Positions 1-5,602 of a stretch of DNA of 5,723 bases are shown here, piece after piece. This stretch comes from Naegleria gruberi. Taxonomy: Eukaryota. The notes beneath the pieces are model-generated. The model did not search any database. It had not been told where the DNA came from and was given only the letters and a program-made list of their open reading frames with translations. Numbering within the stretch: the first letter of the stretch is position 1; each line of letters opens with the position of its first letter. The translations under genes and the position numbers were made by a program. The stretch lies in NCBI GenBank assembly GCA_000004985.1, contig GG739159.1. The stretch is one strand, 5' to 3'.

Positions 1-1077
1 ATGCAGAGTACCAAAAAAAGTAAACATTATTATTCAATGTTTGCATTTGTTCAGGCATATTCAAAGGGTATATTGACATGGTTGGTTTCTTTGTTTACAA
101 AAGTATATTCCATTCCAATAGATAAATTTGATGATGAAAGTACATGGACTTCTTTACAGGAAGAGAAATTTCGAAAATTCATACAAGAGATGGAGAAAAA
201 TCCAACAATTGCTACATTATGTCATCTAATGAGATTAGGTTTAGATAATATTGAAATGAAAGAGTATATTCGAAATAATGATTCAAAATCATTGAGAGAA
301 TTATTGCCACAACGTTTGAAATTATATCTTGTACAGAAACGACGAAGATATTTCAATCTAATCAGTAATCAGATAAGACAAAATGTTTTCCTAGAATCCA
401 AATATCCAAATTTCCTGTCGTTTCTAGATAGAAACAAATCTATCTGTTTTTCCAATAATAATTATATGGCCAATGATGAATTTGTTGAGTTTGTACATAG
501 TGAAATCAAAGATGCACGGATTGCTAGAGATGAAAAGACTATTGGAAAGTCCATTCAAAAGAGAGTGTATGCAAATCAATTTGTTAGAGAATTGAAAAGT
601 TTCAAAACTTACAAAGAAACAGAATCATCTTGGGATTTGTCATCAAGTGTGAATGAAATTGTGAATTTACTTAATAAGCGTATAGGATTTGACAAGTCTT
701 CCATTTCTACATTTCATGCCAATCATAGGAAGAATATTGTTAATATTTTTACGTCCAACCATGCAGAGATTTTACCAAATGATGATCCTAAATTCAAATA
801 CGATAGCATCAGTGAAACAAAATTATTGGAATCTTTCACCAAAACAATTGAAAACACTCCCAATGACTCCACACAATCCAAGGATTTAAATTTAATTATT
901 TTAGATGATGATCCATTAAATACTAGTCAAGATTGTATCAGTAGTCCTTCAAAGAAGAGAAAAACACAAAGTGAACCATTGTTAATGGCCCCTCTCACAC
1001 AAGTAAACAAATCTAAACAGGGCCACAATGAATCAGCAACCTTCAATGTAGAGTTGCGAGGAACGATGCAACGTTAG
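1..1077 (+). CDS. Hypothetical N/K/S-rich protein of unknown function (358 codons). It flanks the retrotransposon, and the last 32 nt including the stop lie inside repeat A1. It may be 5'-partial at the window edge.
   Basis: Long open frame 1 over 1-1077, far longer than expected by chance in AT-rich DNA. It has a KKRK basic patch (SPSKKRKTQ) and an acidic-hydrophobic LIILDDD stretch. I recognise no conserved domain. It terminates at TAG 1075-1077, 30 nt inside the element's 5' repeat. Confidence 0.4.
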   Translation: MQSTKKSKHYYSMFAFVQAYSKGILTWLVSLFTKVYSIPIDKFDDESTWTSLQEEKFRKFIQEMEKNPTIATLCHLMRLGLDNIEMKEYIRNNDSKSLRELLPQRLKLYLVQKRRRYFNLISNQIRQNVFLESKYPNFLSFLDRNKSICFSNNNYMANDEFVEFVHSEIKDARIARDEKTIGKSIQKRVYANQFVRELKSFKTYKETESSWDLSSSVNEIVNLLNKRIGFDKSSISTFHANHRKNIVNIFTSNHAEILPNDDPKFKYDSISETKLLESFTKTIENTPNDSTQSKDLNLIILDDDPLNTSQDCISSPSKKRKTQSEPLLMAPLTQVNKSKQGHNESATFNVELRGTMQR

Positions 1078-1176
1078 TATTTCGACAAATTGTAAACAAT
1101 AAAATTGAGTTGATAAATAATTTTATGCTCAAAAAAATTAAGTATATTGAAATGGTTCAAACACCAAGCAAGGCGA
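1046..1176 (+). repeat. Split direct repeat A1 (131 bp), the 5' terminal repeat. It contains the gag 5' leader and the first codons of gag.
   Basis: Base-by-base comparison shows identity with 4984-5114 (131/131). The two copies diverge immediately after ...caagcaaggcga, continuing 'atatttcc' in one and 'cccaccca' in the other. Confidence 0.9.
1112..1119 (+). promoter_or_regulatory. TATA-like GATAAATA inside repeat A, about 30-40 nt upstream of the Kozak-context ATG at 1152. A second copy sits at 5050-5057 in A2.
   Basis: This is a sequence motif only and the genome is AT-rich, so the call is weak. Its position would place a transcription start just upstream of ATG 1152 (gaaATGg). Confidence 0.15.
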
Positions 1177-2177
1177 ATATTTCCAACATTCGTCAAAGAG
1201 TTTCAGCAAGCAAATCCTCAACTTCTACCTACAAGTCAGGTTACATCCCAGTAACTGACAATGGTAGCTCAGCTTCACTCCCCTCTGTGGTTGACCCAAC
1301 ATCCAAAACCTTGGATAACAACCAAGCTGGTTCTGAAAAGAACCTTGATGCTATTCTCAACGCCATCACTTCTTTGGGTGAGAGAATAAAGCATCTCGAA
1401 GCTGTTCCTCCTGTTCTGCAACAAGCTAATCAACTTGATGAAGACCCTGATGAGGAATCCGCTGATGAGGATTTCACTGGTAAACATTGGGGTCTAACTA
1501 CTATCAAGGAGATTAGACGTAACTACGAAGTTGGTGATAGACTATCCGATGGAGATGTCTTAAGTTTTGTCTCAGCCAAAACACTTCGTCATTACTCTTC
1601 CAATGAGGCGTTGTTGAATAGAGTTCAAGTTTTGATGGCTCGATTTGAATCTGTCATTCACAACTCTCGTAACTATCCTCGTCTGCAAGAAATTCAATCC
1701 AAAGGCTTGCAAAAGATGATGGAAATGTTACATTTGAAGTCTAAATTACTTCAGTTTGCTCTGAGCCATCCATTAAATGTAACCAACATCATTGAAATCA
1801 CTGAGTTGGTGTTTCTTCTCTCTGAGGTTGAGAAAATCTTTTTAGAAGAAGGTTTATTCGAAAGTAACTTTGATGTTGCGAACCAATTTATTCAACCCTT
1901 CATCCAAAGCAACACGTTTGCTGATATAACAGAAAAAGCTCGCCAAAAGAAGAGAGAGAAATCTGTAGTAAAGCATGCCATTACCAGCAAGATCCAAAAA
2001 CCTCTAAAGATGAAAGAAAAGTTTCAAAAACCGTCCTCTCATCAAGGTGGCATCCCTAACAGCTATTCAAAGCCATTCAACAATTACAACAAGAGTGGTT
2101 CCTCTTTTCAAAAGTCAGGAGATTCCAAGCCAAAGTACAATAACAATGGTGGAGGAGCTTTCAAACAAGACCTCTGA
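1125..2177 (+). CDS. gag-like ORF1 of the retrotransposon in frame 3 (350 aa). An alternative start at ATG 1152 has the better Kozak context.
   Basis: This is the first long ORF of the element, directly 5' of and overlapping the RT ORF, which is the position of gag in DIRS-type elements. It has a predicted helical or coiled stretch (LDAILNAITSLGERIKHLEA), an acidic tract and a basic K/N/S-rich C-terminal tail. There is no CCHC zinc knuckle. The ORF-track start at 1110 is a TTG, and the first ATGs are at 1125 and 1152. The stop is TGA 2175-2177. Confidence 0.55.
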   Translation: MLKKIKYIEMVQTPSKANISNIRQRVSASKSSTSTYKSGYIPVTDNGSSASLPSVVDPTSKTLDNNQAGSEKNLDAILNAITSLGERIKHLEAVPPVLQQANQLDEDPDEESADEDFTGKHWGLTTIKEIRRNYEVGDRLSDGDVLSFVSAKTLRHYSSNEALLNRVQVLMARFESVIHNSRNYPRLQEIQSKGLQKMMEMLHLKSKLLQFALSHPLNVTNIIEITELVFLLSEVEKIFLEEGLFESNFDVANQFIQPFIQSNTFADITEKARQKKREKSVVKHAITSKIQKPLKMKEKFQKPSSHQGGIPNSYSKPFNNYNKSGSSFQKSGDSKPKYNNNGGGAFKQDL

Positions 2178-4032
2178 CTTGGTAGGTTGCCGTCTCAACA
2201 AGTTTGTACCTCAGTGGGAGAGTTACAACTTCAACCCATTTATAGTGGATTGGATTCGAAATGGAGTCCCAATCTACTCAAATCCCACCCTTTGGAAAGA
2301 ATTCAAACAAAGGAAGAATTTCTCTCCAAAGGAAACCTCTTGGATGGATCAGGAAATCCAAGAGATGCTGAGTTCCAATGTAATAGAGATTGGAAACAGT
2401 TCAACAATATTGAACCCAATAAACATTGTACCCAAGAAGGGTTCGGATCAATTTCGCTTTATTCTAGACCTAAGGAAGGTCAATTTAGGAATAAAGGACA
2501 GTTCCTTCAAGATGGACAACATTCAAAGATGTTTGAAATTTGTTCAGAAGGGAATGTGGGCAACAAAGATAGACCTGAAGAAGGGTTACTTCCACGTTCC
2601 AATCAGGGAGAAACATCGCAATCTCCTTGGATTCAGGTACAAGGACAAGATTTATCAGTTCAAATGCCTACCGTTTGGGCTAAGTCAAGCTCCCAGAAAT
2701 TTCACAAAGATTATGAAAGAGTTAGTGACCAAGTGGAGAAAGCAGGGTATTCTAGTATTTATTTACATAGACGATATTTTGATTCTAAACAACAGCAAAG
2801 AAACTACCCAACTGCTCACAGACATAGTCATGAAGGATCTGGAGACATTGGGATGGATAATCCAGAAAGAGAAAAGCGTATTAGCACCGTGTCAACACAT
2901 AGAGTTTCTCGGTCTGGAACTGGATCTCGTACTTGGCCTTGTGAAAATCCCAGTCAACAAACAATCAACAGCCTTAGAAATGATTCAAAAATTCTTATCA
3001 GCAAACCAACGGAACAGGTTTGTAGCATGCAAGAAAGTAGCACAATTCCTCGGAAAGATGGAATTTCTAACTCTTTCAAACCATTACTTTGCTCCCTTTC
3101 TTGCTCGTCTTCGGAAGGATATGGTGAAAGTAGTAAACGACAAATCTTGGCACGCATCAATGAGAATATTCAGAGGTGCAGCGAAGGATCTAAATATTTT
3201 GAAAGATCTGATTCAGAAAAACAGTGGAATTCCCTTCGAACTGAATTCAACGAACCCAATTCGAGTGAATTCAGATGCCTGCCCAACAGGCTATGGAATT
3301 CACGCAGAGTCAACCATTACAATTGGAAGATTCACTTCCTCAGAACACATCAATGTGAAAGAGTTAAAAACACTCCTCATTTTCTTCACACAAGCAGATC
3401 GGTTAAACCTTTATGGTCCTGGACAAGCATTCGAAATCAGAGGCGACAATGTTACAGCAATTTCCTATATAAGGAGAGGTTACGGAGTCATAGAAGAACT
3501 CTCTCAAATCGCCAGAGACCTCTACAAGATCTTGATGAGAAGAAAATGGTGGATTTCAAAGGTGATTTACATTCCCTCAAAGGAGAACAATCTAGCAGAC
3601 AGACTGAGTCGCTTAACAGAATGGAAATCATCTCAAGAACTACTGCATCTAGTTCAGACAGAATTTGGAGAGCACCATGTGGACAGATTCGCGACATCGG
3701 AATCAACCACAACAATTCAATTCAACTCATGGATAGAGAACGACACATTCTTGAATCCATGGGAACAAAATCTGATGAGTTATTGTGTTCCTCCTCTGGG
3801 TCTGATATCTCAAGCTCTAGTTCATTGCATAAAATCAGAAGCGAAAGCGACATTTGTAGTTCCAGACTGGCCCTCTTCGATATGGTTTCCAGTCTTGCTA
3901 AAGATATCAGAAAGGATAATACCTGTTTCCCGAAAGATGCTTATAATAACGCCCTTGTCAGAGTTGCAAGACAAGTTCGAGACTTCCAATTTCCTGGTTG
4001 TTCAAGTGCATGGCAAGTTGTTCAAGCAATAA
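2146..4032 (+). CDS. Reverse transcriptase / RNase H polyprotein in frame 1. The frame is open from at least 2047, and the first ATG is at 2146 with an acaATGg context.
   Basis: RT blocks are present: NPINIVPKKGSDQFRFILDLRKVN, KIDLKKGYFHVP, FKCLPFGLSQAPRNF, FIYIDDILI (YIDD codons 2764-2775) and FLGLEL. RNase H has the catalytic Asp in RVNSDACPTGYGIH (Asp codon 3274-3276) and a C-terminal NNLADRLSRL motif. About 140 further residues follow before the stop TAA 4030-4032. Confidence 0.88.
   Translation: MVEELSNKTSDLVGCRLNKFVPQWESYNFNPFIVDWIRNGVPIYSNPTLWKEFKQRKNFSPKETSWMDQEIQEMLSSNVIEIGNSSTILNPINIVPKKGSDQFRFILDLRKVNLGIKDSSFKMDNIQRCLKFVQKGMWATKIDLKKGYFHVPIREKHRNLLGFRYKDKIYQFKCLPFGLSQAPRNFTKIMKELVTKWRKQGILVFIYIDDILILNNSKETTQLLTDIVMKDLETLGWIIQKEKSVLAPCQHIEFLGLELDLVLGLVKIPVNKQSTALEMIQKFLSANQRNRFVACKKVAQFLGKMEFLTLSNHYFAPFLARLRKDMVKVVNDKSWHASMRIFRGAAKDLNILKDLIQKNSGIPFELNSTNPIRVNSDACPTGYGIHAESTITIGRFTSSEHINVKELKTLLIFFTQADRLNLYGPGQAFEIRGDNVTAISYIRRGYGVIEELSQIARDLYKILMRRKWWISKVIYIPSKENNLADRLSRLTEWKSSQELLHLVQTEFGEHHVDRFATSESTTTIQFNSWIENDTFLNPWEQNLMSYCVPPLGLISQALVHCIKSEAKATFVVPDWPSSIWFPVLLKISERIIPVSRKMLIITPLSELQDKFETSNFLVVQVHGKLFKQ
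2178..3881 (+). other. Stop-free overprinted reading frame (frame 3). It runs from the gag TGA to the YR start, overlapping RT/RNase H in the -1 frame, and encodes an S/R/Q-rich low-complexity sequence.
   Basis: Frame 3 has no stop from 2178 to 4937 (916 codons). About 568 of these (2178-3881) overlap the frame-1 RT gene. In AT-rich DNA roughly 1 triplet in 13-20 is a stop, so this run cannot be chance. A dual-coding arrangement of this kind is known for the RT and recombinase ORFs of DIRS1. Confidence 0.5.
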
Positions 4033-4937
4033 GGGATCTTAGTATCCTTTCATCAATAGCTGAGAAAACATTCAGAACTTATAATAGAATTTATGGTGGT
4101 TTTCTCTGGTTTATCAATGTGTTTGATCTCACCATTGATGATCCTATAGCTATTGAATATTACATCTCATACCTCTTGATAAATATTCAAGGATACAAAG
4201 CAAAAACTGTGCAAGCAGCAATTCAATTCTTTGCTAACCTTGATGGCAAACCCATTACCATCTCTGCCTCCTACTCTAAGGTTAAAAAAGGTGTACTGAA
4301 ACTTTATACACTCTCGGATAAAGTTTCTCTTCAAAGAGATCCAATTACAGTCAAACATTTGACTGATTATGTGAAGTGCAAAGACAAAGTGGACAATTTC
4401 ACTTTTCGACTCACTTCTGCTATTCTAGTGGTTGGTTTCAGACTATTTGCAAGACCTGGTGAGGTTGCGCGCTTAAAATGGTCCTATATCAAGGTTCTCA
4501 AGAATGGAAAAATCAAAATTGACCTCAGTGGTCACAAAACTGATTTCTTCCTTATTGAAAAACCAATTACTATTGACAAGAATACAAAGAATCCAAGTCT
4601 TTGCCCAATAACCCTACTAAATTCGTATATGGATTTGGTTCGTGAATTTAAAGATGACGATTCTCCTTTGTTTTCCTACGAAAACAACAAATTCCTTGAT
4701 TCAAATGATATTTCTAAGATACTCAAGAATGCGGTGGGTATGGTTGACCAAGATGTGAGAGTTTCTGGGCACAGCATTAGAATTGGAGCCATCACAGAAG
4801 GACTTAGAAAAGGTGTTTCTACTTCAGATCTCATGGTTGGTGCAAGACATAAGAAAACCAACAGTTTATTTCCTTATCTACGATCTGAGGGTCTTGCTGG
4901 CAAGAATTTCACAGACACCTTATTTTCTCTGGACTAA
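3882..4937 (+). CDS. Tyrosine recombinase (lambda-integrase family) in frame 3. ATG 3882 is the nearest in-frame ATG upstream of the domain and would give a 351-aa protein. The frame itself is open back to 2178.
   Basis: The catalytic signature is present: Arg in FARPGEVARLKW (about 4452-4454), H-x-x-R in GHSIRIGAIT (His 4770-4772, Arg 4779-4781), His in GARHKK, and the nucleophile Tyr in NSLFPYL (codon 4875-4877). The stop is TAA 4935-4937, directly abutting repeat B1. Confidence 0.78.
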   Translation: MVSSLAKDIRKDNTCFPKDAYNNALVRVARQVRDFQFPGCSSAWQVVQAIRDLSILSSIAEKTFRTYNRIYGGFLWFINVFDLTIDDPIAIEYYISYLLINIQGYKAKTVQAAIQFFANLDGKPITISASYSKVKKGVLKLYTLSDKVSLQRDPITVKHLTDYVKCKDKVDNFTFRLTSAILVVGFRLFARPGEVARLKWSYIKVLKNGKIKIDLSGHKTDFFLIEKPITIDKNTKNPSLCPITLLNSYMDLVREFKDDDSPLFSYENNKFLDSNDISKILKNAVGMVDQDVRVSGHSIRIGAITEGLRKGVSTSDLMVGARHKKTNSLFPYLRSEGLAGKNFTDTLFSLD

Positions 4938-4985
4938 CCCATTGGTTTATCAACGATTGTTTTATTGTTTCTTTTGGAGAAATAT
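4937..4985 (+). repeat. Split direct repeat B1 (49 bp), the internal copy of the 3' terminal repeat. It lies immediately 5' of A2 and shares 'at' with it.
   Basis: Identical (49/49) to 5603-5651: acccattggtttatcaacgattgttttattgtttcttttggagaaatat. Confidence 0.85.
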
Positions 4986-5114
4986 GTAGAGTTGCGAGGA
5001 ACGATGCAACGTTAGTATTTCGACAAATTGTAAACAATAAAATTGAGTTGATAAATAATTTTATGCTCAAAAAAATTAAGTATATTGAAATGGTTCAAAC
5101 ACCAAGCAAGGCGA
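4984..5114 (+). repeat. Split direct repeat A2 (131 bp), the internal copy of the 5' terminal repeat. It includes a duplicated gag start codon at 5090.
   Basis: Matches 1046-1176 at 131/131 with an offset of 3938 nt. The duplicated ATG at 5090 reads MVQTPSKATHPPVPLFETSGIP and then reaches a stop after 22 codons. Confidence 0.9.
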
Positions 5115-5602
5115 CCCACCCACCCGTTCCCTTATTTGAAACTTCAGGAATTCCTTGAATTCCTTCAATTAGTATTTCACTCCTTGAGTGTTTTTCCTCT
5201 TTGTCTTTTAGATCGATCTTGGTAAGTGATCCTTCTATGGATGCAGGATTAGTATCACCTTGTGATACAATAATTTTTATTTCTAACTAACATCATTTGA
5301 ATAATTCGAAATATGCTCGTAAAGTAAGCCAGATTTATTTTTTCAAAAAATATTTCTGATGGAAATTACCAGGCATTTTTTTACAAGCAATTCACCTTTT
5401 AAAACTTTAATGGATTGGAGTTTTTACCGATTTTTTCCTGCAATGCAGGTTTTTTATAGGGGAGTTGTTCTACTTCAATCTCGATTTTGTAAACAACTTT
5501 ATTAACTCGGGACAATGCTGAATAAAGTCAATGACCTAAAAGGCAGCATTTCTGAGCAACATACCTCATCCTTTGGATGAAGAATATGTTGAGTGAGCTT
5601 CT
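5115..5602 (+). other. Unique 488-bp non-coding spacer between A2 and B2 (3' untranslated or structural region of the element).
   Basis: There is no ORF of 60 aa or more on either strand. The region contains CCCACCCACCC (5115-5125), a tandem 9-mer GAATTCCTT x2 (5148-5165), short hairpins (5252-5268, 5437-5449), T-runs and an AATAAA at 5521-5526. Confidence 0.5.

Noticed and set aside
689-889. 66-aa ORF in an alternate frame nested inside ORF1
   Set aside because: It is short, fully embedded in a much longer ORF in another frame, and has no distinguishing features.
1110-2187. The ORF-track start codons at 1110, 2047 and 2187 shown as 'M'
   Set aside because: The underlying triplets are TTG (1110), GTG (2047) and TTG (2187), so these are not plausible eukaryotic initiators. 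The true first ATGs are 1125/1152 (gag), 2146 (RT) and internal ATGs such as 2529 and 3882 in the recombinase frame. The 2187 'ORF' is simply the continuation of frame 3 after the gag TGA.
3901-4032. Canonical -1 ribosomal frameshift site at the RT to YR junction
   Set aside because: Reading the RT frame codon by codon over the last 130 nt found no X_XXY_YYZ slippery heptamer. The shift may occur further upstream within the long overlap, or not at all. It is therefore left as an open question rather than annotated.
1275-4861. Minus-strand ORFs of 61-75 aa (1275-1487, 2954-3160, 3488-3715, 4167-4358, 4676-4861)
   Set aside because: They are short and lie antisense within strongly supported plus-strand coding sequence (gag, RT, YR). 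They have no motifs, and their length is in the range expected by chance.
4783-4989. 68-aa frame-1 ORF overlapping the YR C-terminus and running through B1 into A2
   Set aside because: It is an out-of-frame overlap of the conserved YR catalytic region. It terminates at the TAG at the start of repeat A and is most likely fortuitous.
5115-5602. The 488-bp spacer as an independent transposon such as a MITE
   Set aside because: There are no terminal inverted repeats and no flanking target-site duplication at 5114/5115 or 5602/5603. The start CCCACCCACCC and the end GAGTGAGCTTCT are not inverse complements.
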